Positions 38,401-47,049 are shown, numbered from the stretch's first letter. The stretch is 64,000 nucleotides of DNA from Candidatus Gastranaerophilales bacterium (GCA_944323925.1 CALUUI010000003.1:129988-193987), one strand, 5' to 3'. Notes: generated by a model not told the origin, from the letters alone. Program-made: numbers and translations.

Positions 38401-39213
38401 ATTCCAAATCACGAAATAAGTGAAGTAAGAGATGAATTAGAAAAAATAGCAAATGATATTATAAGTATAAGTATAAGAACAAATAAACTTTTAATATCAT
38501 CAGATGAGTCATATAAGGATTTAAAAGATAATATAGATCATTTCCGTAGTATTATGGGTGATGTAGATGAGAGAACAAAGAACCTATACGAAGAAGTCGG
38601 TATGGATAAATTGGAATCTCAGGTAAAATCGATTCGTAATATAGTAGGTCGTCAAGAAATAACAAATCAAGTATTCCATGAGGTATTTGAATATTTAGCA
38701 GAATGGATAGATTCAACTGGTGAAAAAATTGGTTATATTACGGATAAATTAAATAACAAAGAAGATATAAACGAAATAAAATTATCGTTGGAAGAACTAA
38801 GAAGCTCAACATCTGTAAAATTTGAAATAGACGCTCAATCAGAAAAAATAGATGCAATGGAATCTAAGTTAAACGTTATAATAGAGTCCTTGGAGCCAAC
38901 CTTCCAAAATCAACAAGAAAGAATGCAGGCATTGGAAAGAAAAGTTAATAGAATAGTGGATTTCTTTGAGCCGGCATTTACCCAACAGCAAGAGCGAATA
39001 AATAAACTCGAAGGATTGTTGGATAAAATTCTTGATGTGGTATCATCAAATAGCGGATACGGTGAAGCAGTAAGTAAACTTGACAAGATATCCGAAATAG
39101 TTGCAGCAAAAGATGATACTCAGTTAGTTAAAAAGATAAATAGTTTTGAAAAACAAATAACTAAGCTGAACAAAAGTGTCGAGAAATTAACGTTATATGT
39201 TGACGAAAAGTAA
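32419..39213 (+). CDS. Giant (about 2265 aa) acidic coiled-coil repeat protein of unknown function
   Basis: It is a single uninterrupted ORF rich in S/I/N/E/L/D/K with heptad-like periodicity throughout. It has no signal peptide, TM segment or nucleotide-binding motif. The start is ATG 32419 or TTG 32416. Confidence 0.8.
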   Translation: MSEINNLSDIKENFDTIKSLLNSIRAQDVLNAGDISKVLTAINSKLDRIDQDDNLELMNNAISSMKQSLDERHSVLVSKFSTIESLFSNILKNSVDSLKSSEIKELFDIIATNLSVFSREVVSQKDTLTDIILRIEALRADDSSSSTIISNLDVLKRELERFNNGFESIIVNLGDNFSTVVRSLDDIRTKCSDNHYDKDFENLYMTSNSILSSIQVLDKKSVQMEETLANILAKCESKTTDEKISELFLQNKEIYNSIGDLAVNCNVEPLYQKIDNASALINSLKDILQNVDSDATSDYISRLSKIETAINKVLDESDFGNVRKDLENALNQIANTVSISQNDLYVIKNDLETVSSNIRALDIHVNFQNIQSSLTKSEVNIKTYISDLSNKFSQLSELTFQRTVEDIKQKVDLLATEIKDTASENLEALSGSLIGLKSSIEDIDSAAQNTNNQLYKNVSERLAALENTLAGLLNNQSVSITNTGKQMTELSSNFNLKLDSISAEFGLTKESLDSLQSRISSLINSDYTELLTDIKSGISNAQSELISELNLASQKLSDAQSDSINEKFENVKQQLETCQVTLNGVYNDGLAELRTLLNSITSSLIDIVSYVSVKEADDKNIEFEKRFTDIEYALKDYSADSVEKVNAFINESIEKINTKLTNYDATSQSNFQNLATKIESNSTFIREDIKKSYDQLAALKNEILDFKEYVIEDLNNNPLKVELVDRVNGVKNSIIEKLNDFEKQFVNDSLAHWEELQEINNKVINKIESIPEINRSVLEDVRAELVNGINIAVEDCIDKALSEIKSFVEITSGAHSSELLDFSLQCQKILDDFKSEIPNIAESISIDDKLESLQDKICDFVSGEINKTYSSINTLLQSKMQLVAEGEDKEEMLDMLFQQEKKVKTELTGEIKQLSESIKELLNNANANKSEIINRVSALESVITRDFERSELSQAEIVEKLEMFGNLLFKLAGNGSVSISDAINKIESMLSGLEGLKTTDNRSSEEVINKIEELNLEIAKIINDKSSEKLNEEVIDKIDGLGAEISKLVANDSSANLKTEIIDKIEELNLELSRLIDDKSYEISSNEIISKLEGLSFEISNLVTSEAVINSKAEIVDKIDNLKLEISQMIANESSIKSSEVLTELLEKTENSSKSIFEGLQNLSIDNSKFASEIKNTLSVISDDLIDISKNAQNKIFSEIVAAKNLLDSQLESVEKLNILCSELNSPKDKEGIINLLMDFKSEIITQMIAIFNQITFSTEQEEIINFIKIQQEDLKSAVNRVVNSVDNNSRISDEITNEIDIRAKDISAQISDIKDSISLISENDKKLSEIDLNTKDLSERLDEIKTGIDVLSSKDEKLTEINSNTKGLSAQINEIKDSINFISGTDNNQRYTLLNLEADISEIESSLNRIKEVFATSSDLSEVSKLVQGVNDSIIGLKAYLPKESIDYIKAKVDNIEEGVKSNDVILSTIYNLKERIELIDKARESFRADVESAFDKVINTIQSSNNTNELKKYIQSQIDSFYNGISEKLELLGSNSEVSSLLTAVMAKQDANLAHIVAHIGTLNNSDVIAQLEVLKTDVITQLVGAFNQISFEAEAIDIKSLVEEKYDDLSGKVSDLASNVEKVALTQADIIEDYNNSLSRVEDKLSTEIENKKNELVNLQTIALNKLENDIVTEISSKSSELSDIQTVTLNKLENKLITEIDNKNKELVDISKDIENKVVSEISVKKDEIEESLNDKFKQVEAQLKSLQDSDDNSHYSLSDIEEDLAKLRLIVSDIKSNQNKRELETVTNAIDTVISQLQDLKEFIPVEKIDDINENSNEVLDLLEGLALDIKNIHTSQDDIIGYVRDGENSVISEVKSSENQLKSDIQMSLEDFANEIKEFENDTLTSKLASVRNDIITQILGVVSQISFVEEQEEIISQIDTVKAQLNVISTGDPDTIGTYSLQDIETDVAKLRVALDEIRSQGRGEEIDDLIKNLSQAAETLEYIKTEIPNHEISEVRDELEKIANDIISISIRTNKLLISSDESYKDLKDNIDHFRSIMGDVDERTKNLYEEVGMDKLESQVKSIRNIVGRQEITNQVFHEVFEYLAEWIDSTGEKIGYITDKLNNKEDINEIKLSLEELRSSTSVKFEIDAQSEKIDAMESKLNVIIESLEPTFQNQQERMQALERKVNRIVDFFEPAFTQQQERINKLEGLLDKILDVVSSNSGYGEAVSKLDKISEIVAAKDDTQLVKKINSFEKQITKLNKSVEKLTLYVDEK
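35431..35835 (+). repeat. Five tandem 81-bp (27-aa) repeats inside the giant CDS
   Basis: The units are EEVINKIEELNLEIAKIINDKSSEKLN / EEVIDKIDGLGAEISKLVANDSSANLK / TEIIDKIEELNLELSRLIDDKSYEISS / NEIISKLEGLSFEISNLVTSEAVINSK / AEIVDKIDNLKLEISQMIANESSIKSS. Confidence 0.85.
36316..36594 (+). repeat. Three tandem 93-bp (31-aa) repeats inside the giant CDS
   Basis: The units are IDIRAKDISAQISDIKDSISLISENDKKLSE / IDLNTKDLSERLDEIKTGIDVLSSKDEKLTE / INSNTKGLSAQINEIKDSINFISGTDNNQRY. Confidence 0.8.
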
Positions 39214-40585
39214 AAATATAGATGGATTGAAAAAGATACTCGCAGCAGAGAATATATTAACATCCGCTGAAGAGAAGTATGTATATGCTCAAGATGCAAC
39301 AAATACAAGAAAATCCAAAAGATTGCCTGATGCAGTTGTTTTCCCTGAAACAATAGAAGAAGTTCAAGCAATAGTAAGGTATGCGGATAAAAACAGAATA
39401 CCGCTTATATGCAGAGGAGCAGGAACAAACCTTGTTGGAGCGTGTTTCTGTGATCAAGGCGGAATTATAATGTGTTTTTCTAAAATGAACAAAATCCTTA
39501 ATGTAAATCGCATAGATATGACAGCAACGGTTCAGCCTGGAGTAGTTGTTGGGGATTTGCAAAAAACAGTAGAAGATATGGGATTATTTTTTCCGCCAGA
39601 TCCTTCTAATCTGAGAGTTTCTACTATCGGTGGGGCAATTGCTCAATCTGCAGGTGGGGCAAGAACTTTTAAATATGGTGGAATAAAAGATTATATTTTA
39701 GATTTAAAAGTAGTGTTGTCTGACGGTTCAATTATTCAGACGGGGTCTAATACTATTAAAAATGCTACTGGATATAACCTCGGACAGTTGTTTGTTGGTA
39801 GTGAAGGAACTTTAGGGATTGTTGTCGAGGCATTATTAAAACTTATTCCAAAACCCGAGGCTTCTCAAGTTCTAATGGCATATTTTGATTCTGTTAAAGA
39901 AGCGGCTAATTCTGTTAACACAATTTTGCAAAATAGATTTATGCCTTCAACTTTAGATTTTATGGATGGTAATGCTATTAAAACAGTGGAAAGATTTTTT
40001 AATATTGGATTAAATACTGAAAAAGATGCACTTTTGATTATTGAGATAGATGGTTTCGCTTGTTCGATTGATTATCAAAGAGAAAGTATAATTAAAATTC
40101 TTAATCAAACCGGAGCAAGCGGAATAAGATTTTCAACTACAGAAGAGGAAGCAAAGAAGATATGGCAGGGGCGAAGAGCATCTTTTGCTGCTACTGCTAA
40201 ATTAAAACCGGATGTATTAACTGACGATGTTATAGTTTCTCGTTCAAATTTAGGTACTTTGGTTAAGGGAATAAAAAATATTTGTGATAAGTATAATTTA
40301 TTGGTAAGTATTGTTGGACATGTCGGAGATGGAAATGTCCATCCGCAAATTGCGCTTAATCTTGATGATAAAAATGAATATAATAACTATAAATTAGCAA
40401 AACAAGAAATTTACAAATTGACGGCTTCTTTAGGTGGAATTATATCAGCTGAACACGGTATAGGCGTTGAAAAGAAAGAGTTTTTACCTAAGGTCGTTCA
40501 TGGATTATCAATTGATTTTATGCGTAAAGTAAAAAAAGTATTTGATCCTAAGGGTATACTTAATCCAGGGAAAATATTTGACTAG
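39197..40585 (+). CDS. FAD-linked oxidase (GlcD / D-lactate dehydrogenase family)
   Basis: It has an FAD_binding_4 pattern (IPLICRGAGTNLVGA, GGAIAQSAGG) and the C-terminal GGIISAEHGIG. Its start overlaps the giant gene by 17 nt. Confidence 0.85.
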   Translation: MLTKSKNIDGLKKILAAENILTSAEEKYVYAQDATNTRKSKRLPDAVVFPETIEEVQAIVRYADKNRIPLICRGAGTNLVGACFCDQGGIIMCFSKMNKILNVNRIDMTATVQPGVVVGDLQKTVEDMGLFFPPDPSNLRVSTIGGAIAQSAGGARTFKYGGIKDYILDLKVVLSDGSIIQTGSNTIKNATGYNLGQLFVGSEGTLGIVVEALLKLIPKPEASQVLMAYFDSVKEAANSVNTILQNRFMPSTLDFMDGNAIKTVERFFNIGLNTEKDALLIIEIDGFACSIDYQRESIIKILNQTGASGIRFSTTEEEAKKIWQGRRASFAATAKLKPDVLTDDVIVSRSNLGTLVKGIKNICDKYNLLVSIVGHVGDGNVHPQIALNLDDKNEYNNYKLAKQEIYKLTASLGGIISAEHGIGVEKKEFLPKVVHGLSIDFMRKVKKVFDPKGILNPGKIFD

Positions 40586-40597
40586 ATAGGAGGTTTT

Positions 40598-40918
40598 ATG
40601 GATATTGTTGTAATTTATTGTACTGTTCCTAATAAGTCCCAGGCTGAAAAAATAGCTAAATCTCTTGTTAAACATAAACTTGCGGCTTGCGTGAGTATGG
40701 TTGATAATGTTGTTTCTCATTTTTCGTGGGAAGGTGAGATGTGTAAAGAAAAAGAAGTTTTATTAATTATTAAAACTCGAAGGGATTATTATTCAAAGAT
40801 TAAAGTACTTATCGAAAAGTTGCATGATTACAATGTACCGGAAATAATATCATTGCCTATTATTGATTGCAGTGAAGAGTATTTGAAATGGTTAGTAAAC
40901 GAAACGGAACAGTCTTAA
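40598..40918 (+). CDS. cutA: Divalent-cation tolerance protein CutA
   Basis: It contains KLAACVSMVDNVVSHFSWEGEMCKEKEVLLIIKT. An RBS AGGAGG is present. Confidence 0.9.
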   Translation: MDIVVIYCTVPNKSQAEKIAKSLVKHKLAACVSMVDNVVSHFSWEGEMCKEKEVLLIIKTRRDYYSKIKVLIEKLHDYNVPEIISLPIIDCSEEYLKWLVNETEQS

Positions 40919-41709
40919 AAGTTATAGATTATTGTAAAGATTGCGGTATTGAAGTAAAAACTTCTACTAAAGCTCGCGGACATCAAGGTGTATTTTTATA
41001 TAATTCAAAGGATTTGAAGCGTATAGATATTTCTAAAAAACTTGATGAAGATAAAATTGTTCCTGTTGTTGTTCACGAATTTACTCATTTTTTTCATCAA
41101 AACTTGGATGAAAACTTTGAGTCGCTTGAGAAAATTTTTGGTGTTAAATCTGAAATCCTTTTTGATGAGCTTTATGCTGTTACTGCTTTTGCCGCGTCAA
41201 ATTCTGTTGAATTAAAAATACGAAAAGAAATTATTGATATTAAATCAAAAATTAAAGAACAAGAAGATATTATTAAGATAAAATATCCTAATTTTAAGCG
41301 AAGTAAAAAATTTGTTGAGTTTGAGAAATATATCAAAAATTCTGATGCAAAGTATTTGTTAAAATATGATAGAGTAAAAGTTTTTAGCTGGTTTAAATAT
41401 ATAGTATATTCTGTAGATACTGTTCTGAAAGATTTTCCACAAATGCCCAAAGAGTTTGCGGCATACATAAATTTACGTTCACTTCAACGTAGGCAGGCAA
41501 GGTATAGTAATAAGTATAGAAAACTAAGAAAGTATTATGAAAAACCATCAGAACTTTTTGCACGATTTGTTGAAGGATTGGTTATTGATAAAGATAAGGT
41601 TAAAGATTTGGCTCCTGTTTCTTATGCTGCATTTATGGAGCGTTTAGAGTTCCGCTCTTTTCAAAAATTAAGAGGAATTCTTGATTTGGTTTGGGATAAG
41701 GAGGCTTAA
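40888..41709 (+). CDS. Hypothetical protein with an HExxH motif (putative zinc metallopeptidase-like)
   Basis: It contains VVVHEFTHFFHQ. It overlaps cutA by 31 nt. I recognise no other family signature. Confidence 0.5.
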   Translation: MVSKRNGTVLKVIDYCKDCGIEVKTSTKARGHQGVFLYNSKDLKRIDISKKLDEDKIVPVVVHEFTHFFHQNLDENFESLEKIFGVKSEILFDELYAVTAFAASNSVELKIRKEIIDIKSKIKEQEDIIKIKYPNFKRSKKFVEFEKYIKNSDAKYLLKYDRVKVFSWFKYIVYSVDTVLKDFPQMPKEFAAYINLRSLQRRQARYSNKYRKLRKYYEKPSELFARFVEGLVIDKDKVKDLAPVSYAAFMERLEFRSFQKLRGILDLVWDKEA

Positions 41710-41792
41710 ATTTGTTAATTTTTGCAAATTTTATAGCAAATTCTATTATTTTTATGTTTTAATATTACCACACAAGTTCGGAGTTAATCGAA

Positions 41793-42041
41793 ATGACAGT
41801 AAATAAAGTAGATATGGTTAGTTATAGATCTTTGAAAAGCCAAAGTGTATTAAATTTAGTAAATAAAAGTGTTACTCAAAATTTAAAAAAAGAAACATCA
41901 GAACTGCCCGAAAAAATCAAAACAATTGAAACTCTTGTAAAAGACACATTTAGTCCCAATTCCGGTCAACAAGAAATTAAGTTTGTTGGTAGATTGCAAA
42001 CTCTTGATGAATTTATGAAAGATTTCTTTAATAAAAAGTAA
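41793..42041 (+). CDS. Hypothetical 82-aa protein
   Basis: The ORF has an RBS GGAG. No motif is recognised. Confidence 0.4.
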   Translation: MTVNKVDMVSYRSLKSQSVLNLVNKSVTQNLKKETSELPEKIKTIETLVKDTFSPNSGQQEIKFVGRLQTLDEFMKDFFNKK

Positions 42042-42057
42042 GACTTTATTGAATAGA

Positions 42058-43071
42058 TTATAAGATTATTTTGTTAATAATAGGAGCAATTTGTTTGATC
42101 TCTTTATATAATTTTTCATATTCATTCGGATAAAGAGATTGTGCTCCGTCACAAAGTGCATTATCAGCATCATAATGTACTTCAATAATAAGCCCATCAC
42201 ATCCTGCTGCAACGGCAGCTCTTGACATTGGGGCAACCTTATCTCTTAACCCAGTGCCGTGAGATGGGTCGATTATTATTGGTAAGTGACTCAACTTTTT
42301 AATAACAGGAATTGATGATAAATCAAGGGTATTTCTTGTGTACCTTTCAAATGTTCTTATTCCTCTTTCACATAGTATAACTTGTCTGTTGCCGCCCGCC
42401 ATTATATATTCTGCGGACATTAACCATTCTTCAAATGTAGAAGATAGACCTCTTTTTAATAGTACAGGTTTATTTAGCAAACCGACTTCTTTTAGCAAAT
42501 TGTAATTTTGCATATTTCTTGCGCCAATTTGCAAAATATCAACATATTTAAGAAACATAGGAATTTGAGAAATTTCCATAATCTCAGATGTAACAGCCAT
42601 TCCGTGGTTATCGGCAACACTTCTTAAAATTTTTAGACCTTCTTCTCCTAAGCCCTGAAACGCATAAGGTGATGTTCTGGGTTTAAATGCTCCGCCACGT
42701 AAAATTTTGACGTTGGATTTTTGTAATGCTTCTGCGGTTTTATCCATTTGTTCATAAGACTCAACTGTGCAAGGTCCTGCAATAAGTCCTGTATTTTCTC
42801 CGCCAAATTTTACTCCGTTTACTTCTATTATGGTATCTTCTTCTTGAAATACTCGGCTTGTAAGTTTGAAGCCAGTTGAAATTCTTATTACTTCTTCAAC
42901 ATCTTCGAGCAGTTCAATATCACGCTTATCTATAATTTTGTTTCCAACAGCTCCAATAACCGTGTGTAATTCACCATTTGAGATATGTGCTTCAAAACCA
43001 CGTTTCTTAATGTAATTTACTACATTGTCTATACTAGTTTGCGGCGCTTGTTGCTTCATTATGATAAGCAT
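42058..43071 (-). CDS. aroF: 3-deoxy-7-phosphoheptulonate (DAHP) synthase, type I-beta with an N-terminal regulatory domain
   Basis: It has GPCTVES, KPRTSPY and IIDPSHG, plus an N-terminal ferredoxin-like domain. The start is set at ATG 43071, 9 nt after GGAG; the track start TTG 43086 is less likely. Confidence 0.9.
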   Translation of the reverse strand: MLIIMKQQAPQTSIDNVVNYIKKRGFEAHISNGELHTVIGAVGNKIIDKRDIELLEDVEEVIRISTGFKLTSRVFQEEDTIIEVNGVKFGGENTGLIAGPCTVESYEQMDKTAEALQKSNVKILRGGAFKPRTSPYAFQGLGEEGLKILRSVADNHGMAVTSEIMEISQIPMFLKYVDILQIGARNMQNYNLLKEVGLLNKPVLLKRGLSSTFEEWLMSAEYIMAGGNRQVILCERGIRTFERYTRNTLDLSSIPVIKKLSHLPIIIDPSHGTGLRDKVAPMSRAAVAAGCDGLIIEVHYDADNALCDGAQSLYPNEYEKLYKEIKQIAPIINKIIL

Positions 43072-43192
43072 AGTTATTTTCTCCAATCATTCTTAACGGC
43101 TAAATTTTAACTCAAATATAAATAATTTACAAACAAGGAAAAATATTGTACAATAACTGTAATGAGACTTTAGATTGTTTTGAGGAGGTTGT

Positions 43193-43618
43193 ATGACCGA
43201 AAAAGAAGAAAGAGATACCAGACGTTGGTATGATAGAGATCCGGTTTTATCTCAGGCTATGAAAACATTGAAAGAAACTGATGATGAATCGCAAATTAAG
43301 ATTGCACTTAATTTGATTAAAATTATTACGGAGCACAACCTCTCTGATAGTGAATTTTCATCTGTTGATGAAATTATATCCGCAACTGAAGATGGCTTAA
43401 AACGTACTAAACACGAACGTTGGTACGATATTGATGCTACTCTTAGAACTGCTATCAGTTTACTTCAAAATTGTCCTGAGAATACGCGCTCTATTATTGC
43501 TAAAGAAATGGCTCAGATGGTTTTAGAACGATTCGATGACAATAGTGAAGAAGATATTGATGATGAAGATATGGTACTTGATGAGAGTTCTATAATGAAC
43601 GCTCCTAATACGATTTAG
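43193..43618 (+). CDS. Hypothetical acidic protein with a duplicated R-W-Y-D motif
   Basis: It contains RRWYDRDPVLSQAMKTL and ERWYDIDATLRTAISLL. An RBS GAGGAGG is present. Confidence 0.5.
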   Translation: MTEKEERDTRRWYDRDPVLSQAMKTLKETDDESQIKIALNLIKIITEHNLSDSEFSSVDEIISATEDGLKRTKHERWYDIDATLRTAISLLQNCPENTRSIIAKEMAQMVLERFDDNSEEDIDDEDMVLDESSIMNAPNTI

Positions 43619-44490
43619 TCCCAAGCTCCATACTTTTCTGCTATGTATTCTTCAGATTTACTATAGGCTTCTTTTTCAATGAAGTTTTCTGTATATTCTT
43701 GCGAGGTAACATTAGGATAGTTTCTAACTGCTTCTAGACATTTCTGTGCGTATTCATATTCCGGGCTGTCTTCTTTATATTTAATTTCTTCTGTCGGTGT
43801 TTTTGACCAATAAGAGCCTTTAAACTTGTTATTTATTCTTTGTTCTATTATAAAATTATTGCTATCTTTTGGGAGATGCTCCCAGGCTTTTATTACGTTT
43901 TTACTTCCGATTCCTTCTGTTTGACGCATTATCATGTGTTGGCGGGCATGGATTAATTCGTGATAAATTTTTAGTAAGACCAATTTCCGCTGTTCATCAT
44001 CATTAAGTGGTTCGGCGATTAGCTTATCATATCCTTTTGTTTTTGCTATATTAGGATTATTTATTATTAAGCTTGCCAGTTGTTTATTTATAATTAATGG
44101 CAATCTGCTATTTTCAGAGAATAGTAATTTTTTTTCTCCATTTTTTACACCAATAATTTTTGTATCAGAATCAAGAACATCAGTAAGATTGAGGGTAATT
44201 AAATTCTTTGAAAAAGTGTATCCGCCACCTGTAGTATCGTTATATGAATAATAATATGCAAGTTTTGGAGGATAATCAAGCTCAAGCTCCCTGCACATAG
44301 AGTTATAAATATCATTCAATTCTCCATGTGGGAAAAGCCGTTCTAATTTTTCAATGTACTTTGCTTGCGGATTCGTACGTTCAAACTTATCAGGAGGTGT
44401 TGAGCCGACAGACTTCCTTGCCTCTGATTGTTTGTTTTGGATGTTGTAAAATCGAGGTTGAGTTATATTTGCATTAAAATTAATTCCCAT
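43615..44490 (-). CDS. Hypothetical protein with an HExxH motif
   Basis: It contains IYHELIHARQH. It is the last gene of the pth-TPR operon. It has no signal peptide. Confidence 0.5.
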   Translation of the reverse strand: MGINFNANITQPRFYNIQNKQSEARKSVGSTPPDKFERTNPQAKYIEKLERLFPHGELNDIYNSMCRELELDYPPKLAYYYSYNDTTGGGYTFSKNLITLNLTDVLDSDTKIIGVKNGEKKLLFSENSRLPLIINKQLASLIINNPNIAKTKGYDKLIAEPLNDDEQRKLVLLKIYHELIHARQHMIMRQTEGIGSKNVIKAWEHLPKDSNNFIIEQRINNKFKGSYWSKTPTEEIKYKEDSPEYEYAQKCLEAVRNYPNVTSQEYTENFIEKEAYSKSEEYIAEKYGAWD

Positions 44491-44531
44491 ATAATTATAA
44501 AGTGTTTTTATGAGAAAAAATTGACTTTAAG

Positions 44532-45812
44532 CTACATTTTACCTTTAAAAAGATTTCTGAAAAAGTACATTATATTACCCGAATTCTCAACTTTTTCTTT
44601 AAATTTTTCAAGGTTAAGAGCTACATATTGATTCTTTGGATCTATTTGGGCAAGCCTTTCCATATATTCGACAGCTCCTTCATAGTCCCCAATGTAATCT
44701 CTGAATTTTGCTAATTTTTCCAGTGCTGTTTTATTCTTTGGTTCAAGGTCAAGTAGTTTTTCAAAAAATTCACTCGCTTTGTTTTTATCATTTGTTTCGT
44801 CATATAAAAATGCTAATGATTCCACTACCTGTATATTTTTATCATTAATTTGAAATGCATTTAGGTATTCACTTATAGCAACATCTTTTTCCCCTTTTGC
44901 AATGTTATATTTTGCCCAGTTGACGTGTTCGTGAAAATAATCTTCTTGTTTTTCATAAATTAAAGCTCGCATTTGATATACAAGAGGTGAGTTGTAGTTA
45001 ATTTTTTCGTACTTATTAACAGTTTCTAATGCTTCTTCATACATCCCTTTTTGAAAATAATATTGAGCAAGTAATGCAAAATATTGAGGTGTATTTTTAG
45101 ATTTTTCGTCTAATGAATTTAAAAGTTCAAATGCCTTTTCATTTTCCTCTAAATCCATGTATGCACGAATTTTAGTTAAAGTGTCCTTTGTAACTTCAAG
45201 AGCTTTTTCAGGCATAGATGCTTTGATGTAGTAACCTGCAAGCGGTTCATCAATCCCTTCTATTCCTTGCTCTTTTGCTTTCTCTAATGTACTTATTGCT
45301 CCTGATATATAATCTGTTTTGATATATAGTTCTGCCAGTTTTAGGAATATATATAAGTCTTTTGCCCCGTGATCTATTACTTGGATGTACTCATCTATTG
45401 CTTTGTCTTTTTTATCAATCTGTTCATAAATGCTTCCTAATACCATCCTAGCTGCTATTATTTTATCTTCATCTCCGCCTACTGCATCAACAGCTTTTTT
45501 ATAATCGTTTATTGCGTAAGTGTAGTGTTCTTGAAGTATGTTTAAATTCCCTCTATAAATATAATACTTAAATCGGTCAGAGTGCTCAAATATACTCATT
45601 AATTGCTCATGAGCCATAGTATTTGTTTTATCTAATGTAATTATTTTTGTATAATATGAAATTGCATCCTCTGTTTTGTCAAGCATTAGAGCTAAGTGCC
45701 CAAGATGTGATAATAATTCTATATCGTTTGCGTTGTGTGATAGTTGTTTTTTGTATTCTAAATATGCTTCTGCATATTTTTCTTCTGCTTCTAATTGTTC
45801 TGCAATACTCAT
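44532..45812 (-). CDS. Tetratricopeptide-repeat protein
   Basis: It has about 10 TPR-like units and no TM segment. Confidence 0.8.
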   Translation of the reverse strand: MSIAEQLEAEEKYAEAYLEYKKQLSHNANDIELLSHLGHLALMLDKTEDAISYYTKIITLDKTNTMAHEQLMSIFEHSDRFKYYIYRGNLNILQEHYTYAINDYKKAVDAVGGDEDKIIAARMVLGSIYEQIDKKDKAIDEYIQVIDHGAKDLYIFLKLAELYIKTDYISGAISTLEKAKEQGIEGIDEPLAGYYIKASMPEKALEVTKDTLTKIRAYMDLEENEKAFELLNSLDEKSKNTPQYFALLAQYYFQKGMYEEALETVNKYEKINYNSPLVYQMRALIYEKQEDYFHEHVNWAKYNIAKGEKDVAISEYLNAFQINDKNIQVVESLAFLYDETNDKNKASEFFEKLLDLEPKNKTALEKLAKFRDYIGDYEGAVEYMERLAQIDPKNQYVALNLEKFKEKVENSGNIMYFFRNLFKGKM

Positions 45813-45824
45813 ATATTCTCCTAA

Positions 45825-46379
45825 TTAATTATAAACATTTTGTGTTTTTGCAATCCCATTCTTAAAATAGTATTCTATGGATTCAACTGATTTGTCAAGT
45901 ACCGGCTTTAGTAGTTTAAGCTCGTCTTCACTAAATTTTTGAAGAACAAAAACTTCCGAAGGTAAATTAGGCTGAGGACCAATTCCGATTTTCAATCTTG
46001 AAAAATCTTTAGTCCCTAGATTTTTAATTATTGATTTTATCCCGTTATGACCGCCATCACTTCCGTTTGCACGATACCTTATTGTCCCCAAATTTAGCGA
46101 GATATCATCATATATTACTAATAAGTCACTTACGGAAATTTTATAATAGTTCATAACAAGCTGTATGGCTTCTCCTGATAAATTCATATATGTCGTAGGC
46201 TTCATTACTATATAATCTTCTGTACTCCGAACAGTTGCTATTAGCGATCGTAACTTGGTTACTTCTTTAAATGTAGAATTATTCTCCAGAACAAATTTAT
46301 CTGCTACCATAAAACCTGCATTATGGCGTGTAAATGTGTAGTTTGCTCCTATGTTCCCTAATCCTGCTATAAGTTTCAT
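45825..46379 (-). CDS. pth: Peptidyl-tRNA hydrolase
   Basis: It has MKLIAGLGNIG..Y..TRHNAGF and GHNGIKSI. Confidence 0.95.
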   Translation of the reverse strand: MKLIAGLGNIGANYTFTRHNAGFMVADKFVLENNSTFKEVTKLRSLIATVRSTEDYIVMKPTTYMNLSGEAIQLVMNYYKISVSDLLVIYDDISLNLGTIRYRANGSDGGHNGIKSIIKNLGTKDFSRLKIGIGPQPNLPSEVFVLQKFSEDELKLLKPVLDKSVESIEYYFKNGIAKTQNVYN

Positions 46380-46497
46380 TTTATAATCGTCCTTATATAT
46401 ATTATTTTACTACAAATAAATATTACCGTATTGGCTCTCCGAGTTGTGGTTATAAAAAAAGCTGAATAATTTTATTTTATAGCAGGAGAGGTTAATT

Positions 46498-47049
46498 ATG
46501 AAAGAAACAACAAAACAAAAAAGCTCACATAAGGTTGCTAATTTTTTAGAAGAAAAATCGTTACATAAAAAAGATTTTGCAGAAATGATTGGTGTAACAT
46601 TATCCTATGTCTATAATTTGATAGATGAAACAATTCCATTTTCAACCAGAAGTACTACCCTAGAACGTATTGCGACTGTTATGGGAATATCTCCGGAAGA
46701 ATTTATTGAATATAAAATTCCTCAAGAACCAATACTAGTGGATGAAACAACAGAAATGCTCAGAAATGCTATTGTTGAAAAACAAATGGATATTGTTACA
46801 TTTTTAAAATCATTCCCAAGAAAGAAAAGAATTTATATTGTTGATATTTTAAGAGGAGCCCTACCAATACCTATAGACTATAAGGAATTAAAAATGATAG
46901 GCTCAACGCTCGGTTTGTCAGATGATGAAGTGTATGATATGTGGGAAAAGCGAATGAAACAAGTACTTGAAAGTTCCGGCATGAATATATATTCAAACTC
47001 GGAACTTATCAATGAAATGTTTAATTGTGCCAAACGATATTTATTATAG
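46498..47049 (+). CDS. XRE-family helix-turn-helix protein
   Basis: The N-terminal KKDFAEMIGVTLSYVYNLIDE is an HTH_3-like motif. A second, degenerate copy lies in the C-terminal half. Confidence 0.65.
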   Translation: MKETTKQKSSHKVANFLEEKSLHKKDFAEMIGVTLSYVYNLIDETIPFSTRSTTLERIATVMGISPEEFIEYKIPQEPILVDETTEMLRNAIVEKQMDIVTFLKSFPRKKRIYIVDILRGALPIPIDYKELKMIGSTLGLSDDEVYDMWEKRMKQVLESSGMNIYSNSELINEMFNCAKRYLL

